Of a stretch of 64,000 bases of DNA, positions 22,664-33,699 are shown one piece after another. Source of the DNA: Paracoccaceae bacterium (GTDB taxonomy: Bacteria > Pseudomonadota > Gammaproteobacteria > Pseudomonadales > Spongiibacteraceae); NCBI GenBank assembly GCA_047622145.1, contig JBLHMO010000001.1, positions 570-64,569 on the forward strand, read 5' to 3'. Made by a program: the position numbers and the translations under genes. Below the pieces are notes generated by a model. That model had not been told where the DNA came from, searched no databases, and saw only the letters and a list, made by a program, of their open reading frames with translations. Position 1 is the stretch's first letter. Every line of letters begins with the position of its first letter.

Positions 22664-23242
22664 ATGTTATTGATGATCGATAACTACGACTCCTTTACTT
22701 ACAACATAGTGCAGTACCTCGGCGAGCTGAAGGCCGACGTTAAGGTTGTTCGCAACGATGAACTGACCGTTGCGCAAATGCAGGTACTCAAGCCCGAGCG
22801 TTTGGTTGTGTCGCCGGGACCCTGTACTCCGAATGAAGCGGGTGCATCTATGGCGGCAATCGAATCCTTTGCCGGCAAAATTCCGATATTAGGTATTTGC
22901 CTTGGTCACCAGAGTATTGGACAAGTCTATGGCGGCGAGATTGTGCGCGCACGGCAAGTCATGCATGGCAAAACCTCACCTATTTATCACAGCGGTGCCG
23001 GTGTGTTTGAGGGCTTGAATAATCCACTGACGGCAACGCGCTATCACTCACTGATTATTGCTAAATCGAGTTTGCCGGCCTGTTTGGAAATGACAGCGTG
23101 GACGCAAACCGAGAGTGGCGTTGTCGATGAGATCATGGGTGTTCGCCACAAAACACTGGACGTGGAAGGTGTGCAGTTTCACCCAGAGTCGATATTGAGT
23201 GAGCACGGACATGACATGCTCGCCAATTTTTTGAAGCGTTGA
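22664..23242 (+). CDS. trpG: Anthranilate synthase component II (glutamine amidotransferase)
   Basis: [32 protein letters not shown]. Confidence 0.97.
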   Translation: MLLMIDNYDSFTYNIVQYLGELKADVKVVRNDELTVAQMQVLKPERLVVSPGPCTPNEAGASMAAIESFAGKIPILGICLGHQSIGQVYGGEIVRARQVMHGKTSPIYHSGAGVFEGLNNPLTATRYHSLIIAKSSLPACLEMTAWTQTESGVVDEIMGVRHKTLDVEGVQFHPESILSEHGHDMLANFLKR

Positions 23243-23252
23243 GGACAGCACA

Positions 23253-24287
23253 ATGAATATAAAATCCGCGCTGGATCGCGCAGTGCAGAACTTGAGTTTG
23301 AGCACCGAAGAAATGGCATCGGTTATGCGCGATATTATGACCGGCCAGTGCACCGATGCGCAGATCGGTGCTTTTCTTATTGCGCTGCGGATGAAGAGTG
23401 AAAGCGTTGACGAGATCGAAGGCGCCGCTAGGGTTATGCGTGAGCTTGCGACGCCGGTTGATATCAGCGGTCTAGAAAATGTTGTTGATATTGTTGGCAC
23501 CGGCGGTGATGGCGCCAACCTGTTTAACGTGTCGTCGGCCAGTAGTTTTGTCGCGGCGGCGGCCGGCGCTCACGTGGCCAAACACGGCAATCGATCAGTG
23601 TCATCAAAAAGCGGCAGCGCAGACTTGCTGGAGACGGCGGGAATCAAGCTGGATTTGAGCGCCGAGCAAGTGGCTCGCTGTATTCGCGAAGTAGGCGTGG
23701 GTTTTATGTTTGCGGTTAACCATCACAGTGCCATGAAGCACGCGATAGGTCCGCGCAAGGAAATTGGCCAGCGCACTATTTTTAATATTCTTGGCCCGCT
23801 CACTAACCCCGCTGGCGTTACTCGACTGTTAATGGGTGTTTTCAGCGCCGAACTTTGTCGGCCAATGGCGGAAGTCTTAAAACGGCTGGGTGCAGAGCAC
23901 GTCATGGTCGTGCATTCAAAAGACGGCTTGGATGAAATAAGCCTCGCCGCGCAGACGGTGGTGGCCGAACTTAAGGACGACGAGATTCGCGAATACACTA
24001 TTAGCCCGGAAGATTTGGGTCTTGCGAGCCGCAGTCTGCTTGGCTTGGATGTGAGTGACAGTGACGCATCACTTGCACTGATCAGCAACGCTTTCTCGAA
24101 GCGCAGCAATGAAGCCGCCGACAAGGCGGCCGATATGGTCGCGTTGAATGCGGGCGCTGCCCTCTACGTAGCTGGAGTCAGTTCTTCACTTAAGCAGGGC
24201 GTGGCCTTGGCACAGGACGTGATTGCCAGTGGTCAGGCGCTGGAGAAAATGCGCGAACTGGCCAGCTTTAGTCAGGAGATGAGCTAG
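23253..24287 (+). CDS. trpD: Anthranilate phosphoribosyltransferase
   Basis: [39 protein letters not shown]. Confidence 0.98.
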   Translation: MNIKSALDRAVQNLSLSTEEMASVMRDIMTGQCTDAQIGAFLIALRMKSESVDEIEGAARVMRELATPVDISGLENVVDIVGTGGDGANLFNVSSASSFVAAAAGAHVAKHGNRSVSSKSGSADLLETAGIKLDLSAEQVARCIREVGVGFMFAVNHHSAMKHAIGPRKEIGQRTIFNILGPLTNPAGVTRLLMGVFSAELCRPMAEVLKRLGAEHVMVVHSKDGLDEISLAAQTVVAELKDDEIREYTISPEDLGLASRSLLGLDVSDSDASLALISNAFSKRSNEAADKAADMVALNAGAALYVAGVSSSLKQGVALAQDVIASGQALEKMRELASFSQEMS

Positions 24288-24289
24288 GG

Positions 24290-25114
24290 ATGGCAACGCC
24301 AACGATTCTGAAAAAAATCTTGGCTCGCAAAGCCGAAGAAGTCGCAGAGCGCCGCCAGTCTTGCTCCGACGATGCCTTGCGCGAACAGCTGACGAGTGCG
24401 CCAGCGCTGCGCAGTTTTGTCGGCGCTATGCAAGCCAAACTGCATACAGGCCAATCAGCGGTCATTGCAGAAGTGAAAAAAGCATCGCCCTCAAAAGGCG
24501 TTATTCGTGAGAATTTTGATCCCGCAGCGATCGCAAGCAGCTACGAGCGAGGGGGCGCGGCTTGTCTCTCGGTGTTGACCGACATCGATTTTTTTCAGGG
24601 TGCCGATATCTATTTGCAGTCCGCACGTTCGGCCTGTTCGCTGCCAGTGATACGTAAGGATTTTATTGTAGATCCCTATCAGGTGGTCGAGGCACGCGTT
24701 ATCGGCGCAGACTGCGTGTTGCTGATAGCGGCGGCGCTGCAAGATTCACAACTCCGCAGCCTTTATGAACTCGCGACCAGCTTGGGGCTGGACGTTTTAA
24801 TCGAAGTGCACAATGAAGCGGAGTTAAAACGGACCTTGCCGCTGGGTGCCAAATTGGTGGGAATCAATAATCGTGACCTGCACAGTTTTGACACTTCGCT
24901 GAACAGTACCTATCGACTGCTCGAGCACATTGGCGACGACCGAATCGTTGTGACCGAGAGTGGCATTCACAGCGCTGCCGACGTGGCCGCCATGCGCGCC
25001 CACGGCGTGAACGCGTTTCTGGTAGGGGAAGCCTTCATGCGTGCCGATGAGCCGGGTGAAAAACTGGCGGAGCTGTTTGGAGGGGGTGTCGGACCCCTGA
25101 CCCCTGACGTCTGA
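24290..25114 (+). CDS. trpC: Indole-3-glycerol phosphate synthase
   Basis: [41 protein letters not shown]. Confidence 0.98.
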   Translation: MATPTILKKILARKAEEVAERRQSCSDDALREQLTSAPALRSFVGAMQAKLHTGQSAVIAEVKKASPSKGVIRENFDPAAIASSYERGGAACLSVLTDIDFFQGADIYLQSARSACSLPVIRKDFIVDPYQVVEARVIGADCVLLIAAALQDSQLRSLYELATSLGLDVLIEVHNEAELKRTLPLGAKLVGINNRDLHSFDTSLNSTYRLLEHIGDDRIVVTESGIHSAADVAAMRAHGVNAFLVGEAFMRADEPGEKLAELFGGGVGPLTPDV

Positions 25115-25205
25115 CGCAGTTCAAAGTCTATATCATGTTTGGTTTGTGTGGGCGGCCAAGCCGCCCCTGCTTTTAGCGTCAGACATCAAGCGTCCGCCGT
25201 CCGAC
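25088..25205. repeat. Inverted pair of GACGTCN-heptamer repeats enclosing a GC hairpin
   Basis: Plus 25088-25119 GTCG-GACCCCT-GACCCCT-GACGTCT-GACGCAG. Minus 25205-25169 GTCG-GACGGCG-GACGCTT-GATGTCT-GACGCTA-AAAGC. Internal hairpin GGGCGGC-caa-GCCGCCC. Confidence 0.7.
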
Positions 25206-25210
25206 GAAAA

Positions 25211-25836
25211 TCACCGCGTCCCAAACACCGCCATCGTCTTACCCTTAACCGACACTAAGCCCTGTTCTTCTAGCGTTTTCAAAACGCGGCCGACCATTTC
25301 TCGGGAGCAGTCAACAATGTGGCCAATTTCTTGGCGGGTAATTTTAATCTGCATGCCATCGGGGTGGGTCATGGCGTCGGGCTGCTTACACAAATCCAGC
25401 AGCGTGCGTGCAACACGGTCGGTGACGTCCAGAAATGCTAGATCGCCAACTTTACGGGTGATATCGCGCAGGCGTATCGCCATTTGCGTTCCCAGTGCAA
25501 AAAGTATTTCGGGTACTGCTCGCGCAATTCCTGGAATTTGCTGTAGCTGATCTCGGCCACTTCGCATTCGGTTTTGGTTTTTACCCAGGCGCTGCGTGTT
25601 TCCTCCGAATCGAAAACCCCCATTTCGCCGAAAAAGTCACCCTTATTGAGGTAGGCCACAATCATTTCGCGGCCTTCGTCATTTTCGATCAAAACGCTTA
25701 CGGAACCTTCAATGATAAAATACAAAGCGTCACTATCGTCGCCTGCATAGATAATGGTGCTCTTGGCAGGGTGGCGGCGGCAATGGCTGAGAAATCCGTC
25801 AATATTTGGAATCTCGGGCTTCAGGGCACTGATCAT
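25211..25836 (-). pseudogene. crp: cAMP receptor protein CRP/Vfr, frameshifted
   Basis: cNMP domain ([32 protein letters not shown]) in ORF 25438..25836. C-terminal half with HTH ([29 protein letters not shown]) in ORF 25211..25567. Frame changes near 25512. Confidence 0.88.
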
Positions 25837-25979
25837 TGTTGTATTCCCTCAAAGGTAAGTCCGAGAAAGCTAGCTGCGCTGTATTATGCCGTGGCAAGCT
25901 GCCATTGGTGACACCTGCGACGAAGTAGGGTACTTATGGTAGGATGAGAATTTCCGGACATTGAGGGCAGGAAGGCGCA

Positions 25980-26405
25980 ATGGAAGTCAGCGTAGAATGG
26001 ATTGATGGTGTCAGCTTTGAAGGCACCTCGGGCACAGGTCATCGCCTCGTGATGGACGGCCCTGAAGATCTCGGTGGCTGCAACAAAGGCGCGCGCCCTA
26101 TGGAGTTGCTGTTACTGGGAATGGGCGGCTGTGCCTCCTTCGATGTGATGAGTATTTTGCGAAAATCGAGGCAAGATGTTCGAGGCTGTGTTGCTAAACT
26201 TGAGGCTGAACGCGCCGACGAAGTACCCGCCGTATTCACTAAAATACATCTGAAATTTTTTGTTAGCGGCGTTAATTTAAAAGAAGCTCTGGTAAAGCGG
26301 GCGGTAGAATTGTCAGCAGAAAAATATTGTTCTGCATCGATCATGCTGGAAAAGGCCGGAGTTGCCATTAGCCACAGCTATGAAATCGAAGGGTTAGCGG
26401 CGTGA
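25980..26405 (+). CDS. OsmC family protein (YhfA-like)
   Basis: GARPMELLLLGMGGC, LSAEKYCSAS; divergent from crp, as is usual. Confidence 0.93.
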   Translation: MEVSVEWIDGVSFEGTSGTGHRLVMDGPEDLGGCNKGARPMELLLLGMGGCASFDVMSILRKSRQDVRGCVAKLEAERADEVPAVFTKIHLKFFVSGVNLKEALVKRAVELSAEKYCSASIMLEKAGVAISHSYEIEGLAA

Positions 26406-26815
26406 CAAGGCCGCCGGCCACCGCGGGTCTTCGTCATGTTGCGCTATTTGTTGAGCGTTATGAGGAGAGCCTGAGTTTCTATTGCGAGTTGATGGGAATG
26501 GACTTGGAGTGGCAGCCCGACGAAGACAACAGCTATCTCTGCTCTGGCAATGACAATCTGGCGTTGCACCGTTATAAAGGCGCCGAGTGGGACCCTGCGG
26601 CCCAAAGGCTGGATCATATTGGCTTCGTCATTGACCAGATGGACGATGTCGACCTTTGGTATGAATTTTTAAAAGCCGAAGGCGTGAAGATGAAATCGCT
26701 ACCGCGAACCCATCGCGATGGCGCCCGCAGCTTTTATTGCGCCGACCCTGACGGCAATACTGTACAAATTATCTACCATCCGCCGATCAGCGGGCTGCGA
26801 TTTGCGCGGGATTGA
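26402..26815 (+). CDS. VOC/glyoxalase family protein
   Basis: GLRHVAL, LDHIGF, RSFYCADPDGN. Confidence 0.9.
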   Translation: MTRPPATAGLRHVALFVERYEESLSFYCELMGMDLEWQPDEDNSYLCSGNDNLALHRYKGAEWDPAAQRLDHIGFVIDQMDDVDLWYEFLKAEGVKMKSLPRTHRDGARSFYCADPDGNTVQIIYHPPISGLRFARD

Positions 26816-26840
26816 TTCCGCCTATTCCTATGCGAGCGCT

Positions 26841-27482
26841 TTACCAGTAGTAGCTTGAGCGCGTCATTACTCTAGACGCCAGCGTCATCAGCTGCTTTAT
26901 TCCTGGGCTAAAATCCTCCCCGCCGGCTTCCCGTGCCTTGCTGGCATGTGCAGATTCATCGCTGAGCATTTGTTCAAGTATGGCTCGCGATTTTTCGTCT
27001 TCCGGCATCAGCTGTTGCAAATGTTCGCGCAGATGTTGGCAAACCTGCTCTTCTGTTGCCGCGACAAATCCTAGGCTGATGCGATCCCCCAGTAAACCGG
27101 CAAGCGCACCGATCGTAAAAGAAGCTGCGTAAAAGGCAGGATTCAAGTAGCTGGTGCGGCTTTGCAATTCGTTGAGACGTTGCTCGCACCAGGCAAGATG
27201 GTCCACTTCCTCTTCAGCCGATGACTGCATGGCCGCCTTTACCTCGAGGTCCTTCGCTGTGAGTGCCTGACCGTGGTAAAGGGCCTGCGCACAGACTTCG
27301 CCGGTGTGGTTAATGCGCATCAATCCTGCTGTGTGACGGTTACCGTCGGCGCTGATCGCATTGTCGGCGCTGTGTTCAGCGGGGTTGCTGCGGCGCGGGG
27401 AGGCGCTGCCGGGAACGAGGGTTTTGAGTCCGCGGTCGGCGCTAATAAGCAGTTTGTCGAGAGTGGAAAGTCTACGTGTCAT
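26841..27482 (-). CDS. coq7: Demethoxyubiquinone hydroxylase Coq7
   Basis: [38 protein letters not shown] diiron motifs. Confidence 0.95.
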   Translation of the reverse strand: MTRRLSTLDKLLISADRGLKTLVPGSASPRRSNPAEHSADNAISADGNRHTAGLMRINHTGEVCAQALYHGQALTAKDLEVKAAMQSSAEEEVDHLAWCEQRLNELQSRTSYLNPAFYAASFTIGALAGLLGDRISLGFVAATEEQVCQHLREHLQQLMPEDEKSRAILEQMLSDESAHASKAREAGGEDFSPGIKQLMTLASRVMTRSSYYW

Positions 27483-27689
27483 ATAGGGCTCCAGCTATCG
27501 CCCAGTTTACTGAGGGGGGAACAGAAAGGCCATCGCTTCTATTTATATTCCGTCTCGGTAGAATCAGACAGCCGTTCGACTATCAGGCGTTTTAAAGTAA
27601 AGTTGGCAGAGGGTTTACTCATCTGGCGGTAGGGCATGGGTGCCTCGACAATGCGCGCGGCATTGTCGAGCAGGTAAATAGACGTTGGA

Positions 27690-28140
27690 ATGGTAAGCCT
27701 AGCCTCAAGTGCATCGCTGTGTATCCGTCGGTAGAGCTCGACCCCCTGGGGCGTTGATACAGGCGGGGTTTGCGCACCAGCAATGCATTGCCGGCCGCTG
27801 CAATGGCGGTGGGGCTGCCGTGACGATAACGGGTCGCGCTATCGAATTGAGAAGGCCGAATGTGCAAGGCCGCGTGTCGTTCTTCCAGGCTATCGTTGGC
27901 AGGGGCAAAACGCAGCTAGTAGCGACCGCGACTAAAATCCAGCGTCAGGTCGCCGCGGAAGGTGTGAGCGCGAAAATCGAAATCCTGAGCTTGGATTTGA
28001 CGTTGCGGGTCGAGCAAGATGTCGAGGTGGTCGGAAAGGTTTTCTTCACAATGCGTTTGCGGCAGGCGCAAGATATCCGCTGCCTGTGCCTGCGAGGGCA
28101 GGCACAGGATCAGAAGGCACCAGAGGCTAGCTTTCCCGCG
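27690..28140 (-). pseudogene. Remnant of a 7TM-DISMED2 sensor (retS-like) downstream of purD
   Basis: Signal peptide ...PSQAQA, then LDILLDP...LDFSRGRY*LRFAPAN (TAG at 27916 where YWLRF is expected). Continues in frame LHIRPSQFD, then decays; no 7TM or kinase part. Confidence 0.62.
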
Positions 28141-29410
28141 CGATAGCCCGGTAGCCAATATCCTTGCGGTAATAAACACCATCCCAGGTGATTTGCTCTG
28201 CCAGTTGGTAGGCTTTTTGTTGTGCTTCGGTCACGCTCAATCCCAGCGCCGTGGCACAGAGCACGCGTCCGCCGTTGGTCACTACGGTATCTCCATCGAG
28301 TGCAGTACCCGCGTGAAATACCTTTGAGCTGCCATCGCCGCTTGCTTTCGGCAAGGTGATGGCTTTTCCTTTTTCATAGCTGTTGGGGTAGCCGCCCGCA
28401 GCGAGGACAACGCCCACGGCCTTGCGCGCGTCCCACTGAATATGGTGCTCGTTGAGTTTGCCGTCTAACGCTGCATGGATGAGATCGATAAAGTCCGAGC
28501 GCAAACGCAGCATAATGGGCTGGGTTTCCGGGTCGCCAAAACGGCAGTTAAATTCGATGACCTTGGGCTGGCCATCATCGGAAATCATTAATCCGGCGTA
28601 CAGAAAACCGACGTAGCGATGGCCTTCTGCGGCCATACCCTCAACCGTGGGCATGATGACCTGATCCATTATGCGCTGGTGGATAACAGGCGTAACGACC
28701 GGGGCTGGCGAGTAAGCGCCCATGCCGCCGGTATTGGGGCCGGTGTCGCCGTCGCCAATGCGTTTGTGATCCTGGCTGGTGGCCATGGGTAAAACGTTGC
28801 TGCCGTCTACCATGACGATAAAGCTGGCTTCTTCGCCTTCGAGAAACTCTTCAATGACCACGCGGCAGCCGGCTTCGCCGAAGGCGTTACCGGACAGCAT
28901 GTCGCGCACAGCAGCTTCTGCTTGCTCTACCGTTTCGGCCACGATAACGCCTTTGCCCGCAGCCAGACCGTCGGCCTTAACCACGATAGGCGCACCCATT
29001 TTGCGGATGTAGGCCAGTGCAGGTTCGACCTCGGTGAAATTTTGGTAGTCCCCGGTCGGTATTTTATGCCGGGCTAGAAAGTCCTTGGTAAAGGCTTTGG
29101 AGCCTTCAAGTTGCGAGGCGCCTTTGCTGGGGCCAAAACAGCTTAGGCCTCGCTTTTGGAAATAATCAACGATGCCTCCAACCAGGGGTGCTTCTGGGCC
29201 AATAATGGTTAGGCCGACATGTTCTTTTTTGGCGAAATCTGCAAGGCCCTCGAAGTCCATGATGTCGATGGCGATATTTGTCATTTTGGCTTCGCGCGCA
29301 GTACCGGCATTGCCGGGTGCGACGAATACTTGGCTGACGTTGGCCGTTTGCGCTGCCTTCCAAGCCAGGGCGTGCTCGCGCCCGCCGCCGCCGATGATTA
29401 GGATTTTCAT
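28127..29410 (-). CDS. purD: Phosphoribosylamine-glycine ligase
   Basis: GGGGREHALAW, VKADGLAAGKGV, GPNTGGMG, RFGDPETQ. Confidence 0.99.
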   Translation of the reverse strand: MKILIIGGGGREHALAWKAAQTANVSQVFVAPGNAGTAREAKMTNIAIDIMDFEGLADFAKKEHVGLTIIGPEAPLVGGIVDYFQKRGLSCFGPSKGASQLEGSKAFTKDFLARHKIPTGDYQNFTEVEPALAYIRKMGAPIVVKADGLAAGKGVIVAETVEQAEAAVRDMLSGNAFGEAGCRVVIEEFLEGEEASFIVMVDGSNVLPMATSQDHKRIGDGDTGPNTGGMGAYSPAPVVTPVIHQRIMDQVIMPTVEGMAAEGHRYVGFLYAGLMISDDGQPKVIEFNCRFGDPETQPIMLRLRSDFIDLIHAALDGKLNEHHIQWDARKAVGVVLAAGGYPNSYEKGKAITLPKASGDGSSKVFHAGTALDGDTVVTNGGRVLCATALGLSVTEAQQKAYQLAEQITWDGVYYRKDIGYRAIARES

Positions 29411-29457
29411 TGTTTACCTTTGTCGTAAGCCGAGTTTACATTGCTGCGCAGCGAGTG

Positions 29458-29549
29458 GTCTGACGTTAGACGCTACAGGCGAACTCGGTAATTTCTTCGA
29501 ATGTAGTTAGTCTTTTTGGACGGCGCAGCCGTCGCGTCTGACATCCGAC
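29458..29549. repeat. Inverted pair of the same GACGTCN repeat between purH and purD
   Basis: Plus 29458-29480 GTCT-GACGTTA-GACGCTA-CAGGC. Minus 29549-29528 GTCG-GATGTCA-GACGCGA-CGGC. Confidence 0.62.
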
Positions 29550-29557
29550 TCCAGTTC

Positions 29558-31135
29558 CTAATGCCTAAAATGTCGCATTCCGGTAAATACCATTGCCATG
29601 CCGTGCTCGTCGGCCGCGGCGATAACTTCATCGTCGCGAATCGACCCGCCGGGCTGGATAACGCAGCTGATCCCCACGCTGGCAGCGTTGTCGATGCCGT
29701 CGCGAAAGGGGAAGAAGGCATCGGAGGCCATGACCGAACCTTTGACTTCCAAGTTCGCATGCTCGGCTTTGATCGCGGCAATACGAGCAGAGTTAATACG
29801 GCTCATTTGGCCGGCGCCAACGCCGATAGTGCGACCGCCATTACCATAGACAATCGCATTGGATTTCACCATCTTGGCGACCTTCCAGGTAAACAGCAGA
29901 TCACCAATTTCCTCTGCGGTCGGCTGGCGCTTGCTGACTACCTGCAGCTCAGCGACAGCGATCATACCGAGGTCGCGGTCCTGCACCAGCAGGCCACCGG
30001 TGACCCGTTTAAAGTCGAAGGCGGCATCGCTGCGCAGCCATTCGCCACAGGTAAGCAGGCGCACGTTTTTCTTGGCGGTAATCACGGCTACGGCTTCATC
30101 GGTGACTGAGGGAGCGATAATCACTTCGACAAACTGGCGCTCGCAGATGCTGGTAGCAGTTGCGGCATCAAGCTCACGGTTAAAGGCAATTATGCCACCA
30201 AAGGACGATTCTGGGTCGGTGGCAAAGGCCTTGTTGTAGGCCTCACTTAAGGTCGGAGCAATCGCAACACCGCAGGGGTTGGCGTGTTTGACGATGACGC
30301 AGGCGGGCTCGTCGAACAGTTTAACGGTCTCGAGCGCGGCATCGGTGTCGGCGATGTTGTTGTAGGACAGCTCTTTACCTTGTAGTTGACGCGCGCTGGC
30401 GATTGAGCCGACGGGTGCGTTTTTCTCAATATAAAATGCGCTGCGCTGATGTGAATTTTCGCCGTAGCGCAGTTCCTGCTGTTTGCTGAACTGGGTGTTA
30501 AAGGTGCGCGGGAACTGCTCGCTGCCACCGTCGACGAGACGGCCGAAATAATTGGCGATAGCGCCGTCATAGGCGGCGGTATGTTCATAGGCGCGTATGG
30601 CGAGATCAAAGCGTGTTTTGTAGCGGGTTGATCCGCCGTTGGCGTCGAGTTCGTCAAGGATGCGTTGATAGTCGGAGGCGTTGACGACAATGCTGACGTC
30701 TTTATGGTTTTTCGCTGCGGCGCGCACCATAGTGGGGCCGCCAATGTCGATATTTTCAATCGCGTCTTCAAGCGAACAGTCGGCTTTGGCAACGGTTTGT
30801 TCAAAGGGGTAGAGGTTGACTACCACCATATCGATGGCGGAAATGCCATGTTCGTCCATCACACCATCGTCAGTGCCGCGGCGACCGAGAATGCCGCCGT
30901 GTACTTTGGGGTGAAGGGTTTTTACGCGGCCGTCCATCATTTCGGGAAAGCCGGTGTAGTCAGAAACTTCCCTGACGTCTATGCCGTTTTCCTGCAGGAG
31001 GCGAAAGGTACCTCCGGTTGAGAGTAACTCAACGCCCCGTTCGCGCAGTGCGCGAGCGAAATCGACTATGCCGGATTTGTCTGAAACACTAATAAGTGCA
31101 CGCTTTACGGGTCTCGCTTGCTCTGCTGTGCTCAT
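29558..31135 (-). CDS. purH: AICAR transformylase/IMP cyclohydrolase
   Basis: [49 protein letters not shown]. Confidence 0.99.
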   Translation of the reverse strand: MSTAEQARPVKRALISVSDKSGIVDFARALRERGVELLSTGGTFRLLQENGIDVREVSDYTGFPEMMDGRVKTLHPKVHGGILGRRGTDDGVMDEHGISAIDMVVVNLYPFEQTVAKADCSLEDAIENIDIGGPTMVRAAAKNHKDVSIVVNASDYQRILDELDANGGSTRYKTRFDLAIRAYEHTAAYDGAIANYFGRLVDGGSEQFPRTFNTQFSKQQELRYGENSHQRSAFYIEKNAPVGSIASARQLQGKELSYNNIADTDAALETVKLFDEPACVIVKHANPCGVAIAPTLSEAYNKAFATDPESSFGGIIAFNRELDAATATSICERQFVEVIIAPSVTDEAVAVITAKKNVRLLTCGEWLRSDAAFDFKRVTGGLLVQDRDLGMIAVAELQVVSKRQPTAEEIGDLLFTWKVAKMVKSNAIVYGNGGRTIGVGAGQMSRINSARIAAIKAEHANLEVKGSVMASDAFFPFRDGIDNAASVGISCVIQPGGSIRDDEVIAAADEHGMAMVFTGMRHFRH

Positions 31136-31243
31136 TGAAGCTCAGTTACCTTGTTTGATCGCAAATGAAAAGATTGGTCATAAATAGAAAGCTTAATCGT
31201 GAATATAAAGCCTGATCGCGAGTCGAAAAGTGAATTGGGCGGC

Positions 31244-31546
31244 CTACAGCAGCCCGTATTTCTTAAGCTTTTTACGCAGCGTTCCACGATTCAGGCCCAG
31301 CAGCTGAGAGGCGCGGGTCTGATTGTTACGGGTGTAGCTCATCACTTTTTCGAGCAACGGCGCTTCCACCTCAGACAAGACCATTTCATAGACGTCGGTA
31401 ACGTCTTGGCCATCGAGCTGATCAAAGTAGTTTTTCACCGCAACCGCTACGTTTTCACGCAGTGATTGGGATTCGGCGATAGCCGCGAAAGTATCGGAGC
31501 CAGTATTTTCTACCAGCTCCAGTTTTGTTTCTGCACTCGCACTCAT
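31244..31546 (-). CDS. fis: Nucleoid protein Fis
   Basis: [13 protein letters not shown]...[24 protein letters not shown]. Confidence 0.98.
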   Translation of the reverse strand: MSASAETKLELVENTGSDTFAAIAESQSLRENVAVAVKNYFDQLDGQDVTDVYEMVLSEVEAPLLEKVMSYTRNNQTRASQLLGLNRGTLRKKLKKYGLL

Positions 31547-32535
31547 GCTGCAATTTCCCCTGTGTCATATTGCTGCCAATCGTCGGCAAAAGCCTGGATG
31601 GCGTCCAACTGTTCGCTCGCACTGAGCAGTCCATTGAAGTGCTTGCGTATCGATTCTGTTCCCGCCGCGTCCTGTAAATACCAGGACAGGTGTTTACGCG
31701 CGATTTTCAGCCCCTGCCGCTCACCGTAAAACTGGTGTAGCGCCCGCACGTGGCCTTCAAGCGTTGCGCAAAATTCTGCTCGCGACACTGGTTCCGCCAA
31801 CACTCCAGTGGCCAGATAGTGGTTGATCTCGCGAAACAACCAAGGCCGACCCTGAGCACCGCGACCAATCATCACGCCGTCGGCTCCGGTGTAGGCCAAC
31901 ACCTCGCCCGCCTGCTGTGGTGTGCAAATATCGCCATTGGCGAATACCGGTACACCCACTCGCTGCTTGATGGCGGCGATGGTGTCGTATTCCGCGCTAC
32001 CCTTATAGCGACAGGCGCGGGTTCTGCCATGTACGGCCAGAGACTGTATGCCTACATCTTCAGCGATAGCTGCGATCTCGACGCCATTGCGTTGCTCCGG
32101 CGACCACCCTGTGCGAATTTTCAGGGTAACCGGTACGGTCACTGCGGCGACGACCGCTTCCAGAATAGCCCGCACCAATTTTGGGTCACGTAAGAGTGCG
32201 GAACCCGCATCTCGACGACAGATCTTCTTGGCCGGGCAACCCATATTGATATCAATTAACTCGGCCCCGAGTGTTTCGTTATATTGGGCTGCTGCTGCCA
32301 TTTCGGCTGGATCTGCGCCAGCGATTTGCACCGCTCTGGGCGTTGCGACGTCATGGGCAAGTCGCAGCAGGGTCTTGCGGCTATTGCGCAGCTCGGCATT
32401 GCTAATGACCATTTCTGAAACAGTCAAGCTCGCGCCGAACTGACGACATAGCCGTCGAAACGGCAAATCTGTGACGCCCGCCATAGGCGCGAGAACGGCC
32501 CTGCCTAGCAAGATGAAGTGGCCAATCCGGATCAT
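31543..32535 (-). CDS. dusB: tRNA-dihydrouridine synthase B
   Basis: [36 protein letters not shown]; coupled to fis. Confidence 0.96.
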   Translation of the reverse strand: MIRIGHFILLGRAVLAPMAGVTDLPFRRLCRQFGASLTVSEMVISNAELRNSRKTLLRLAHDVATPRAVQIAGADPAEMAAAAQYNETLGAELIDINMGCPAKKICRRDAGSALLRDPKLVRAILEAVVAAVTVPVTLKIRTGWSPEQRNGVEIAAIAEDVGIQSLAVHGRTRACRYKGSAEYDTIAAIKQRVGVPVFANGDICTPQQAGEVLAYTGADGVMIGRGAQGRPWLFREINHYLATGVLAEPVSRAEFCATLEGHVRALHQFYGERQGLKIARKHLSWYLQDAAGTESIRKHFNGLLSASEQLDAIQAFADDWQQYDTGEIAA

Positions 32536-32581
32536 GGTCAGTCCTACAGAGCAGCGGAAACTCACGAAAAAATGAGGCGTA

Positions 32582-32610
32582 ATCATACTATCTTGCGGAC
32601 GGTCGATAAA
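32582..32610 (-). promoter_or_regulatory. Putative dusB-fis promoter
   Basis: TTTATC-17 bp-TATGAT on the minus strand. Confidence 0.4.
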
Positions 32611-32645
32611 GACTTGTGTTTATCTTTTAACCAGTATATTAGGGC

Positions 32646-33659
32646 TTAGCTTCCATGCCTTGAGGGGTGGAAGCGCATCTGGTAGTTCACCGCGGTCTCG
32701 CCCGGGTCAAGAATGCTGATATTGATATGAACCGTCTGCTGACTGGGCATAAATTCGAGGCCGCTGAGCTCTCCGGCCAAGTATTCATCGGGGGTGAAGC
32801 GACGAGAGGCTATAGGTCTATCGTTTTGATCGTGAAATTCCAGCTCGATAACAGGAAAGGGTTGTTCAAATACTGCCTGATTGACGATCAGTGCGTCGAT
32901 CAGAAGGCTATTTTCGTATTTTGGGTGAGAATAGATATTTAAGCCGCGCGAGCGAATCAGAGGCAGATTTTGCGGCGGTGGCAACAAGCATGGCTGGCTC
33001 GCGGCGAAGAAATTCATTGCATTACAAGCGCTGGACAGCTGCGGGCGGTAGACGGACTGGGCAATTCGATCAAAATTTGCCATGGTAATCTGGGCGGCCA
33101 AGGCGAGTGCCGCCAGCACTGTCAGCAGACTCCAGCCCAGTTGTTGCCGGTTGATACGCAGTTGTCGATTACCTTGGTAAACCAGCTGCGCGAAAGCGTC
33201 GTCTGTTGCTGGCGGGATGCTGTCGGCGACTACGACTGGCGTTGTAGCGTCTGTGCCCTCGCCAACCTCGCCTGCGCTGGTCTCCGCGTCTACGCTGGGG
33301 GCTTCGCTGAGGGTGATCGATGCACTGAAACCCTCGCGCCGCTCTGGGGGCTCAGGCGCTTCATCGATATTTAGCTCTTCGATGTGCGCTTCGTACGGCT
33401 CATCGCATTGCTGCAGGCCCGGGAGGCCATTGTCATCATCGAAGAGAATGTCGTCGTTGTTAAACTCAGCAGTTGACTCAGCATCGGCTGGTTGTTCATC
33501 GCTGTCGGGGCTTTGCTCAGTCTCTATCCAGTGCTCGGCGGCATTAAAGATTTCCAAGCAGGCACCGCAGCGCACCAAGCCTCTGGCAGTCGCCAGATGG
33601 GTCTCGGTTACGCGAAAACTGGTTTGGCAGTGCGGGCACCTGGTGGCCTTGGCCGCCAT
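32646..33659 (-). CDS. Zinc-ribbon and DUF3426 membrane protein
   Basis: TRCPHCQTSF...VRCGAC, acidic linker, one TM helix, C-terminal RRFTPDEYL...DPG...AVNY; between prmA and dusB. Confidence 0.88.
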   Translation of the reverse strand: MAAKATRCPHCQTSFRVTETHLATARGLVRCGACLEIFNAAEHWIETEQSPDSDEQPADAESTAEFNNDDILFDDDNGLPGLQQCDEPYEAHIEELNIDEAPEPPERREGFSASITLSEAPSVDAETSAGEVGEGTDATTPVVVADSIPPATDDAFAQLVYQGNRQLRINRQQLGWSLLTVLAALALAAQITMANFDRIAQSVYRPQLSSACNAMNFFAASQPCLLPPPQNLPLIRSRGLNIYSHPKYENSLLIDALIVNQAVFEQPFPVIELEFHDQNDRPIASRRFTPDEYLAGELSGLEFMPSQQTVHINISILDPGETAVNYQMRFHPSRHGS

Positions 33660-33699
33660 AGGGTCTCCTGATCTGGTTGAATTTGCTGGGAAGTGTAAG

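Noticed and set aside
22655-22670. Pyocin/tailocin insertion site between trpE and trpG
   Set aside because: The genes are 1 bp apart; nothing is inserted.
25505-25525. Programmed -1 frameshift restoring CRP
   Set aside because: TAC CCG AAA is not a canonical X XXY YYZ slippery site, and the other lesions point to decay.
27709-28146. 145-aa plus-strand ORF
   Set aside because: Antisense shadow of the retS-like remnant; no motif or RBS.
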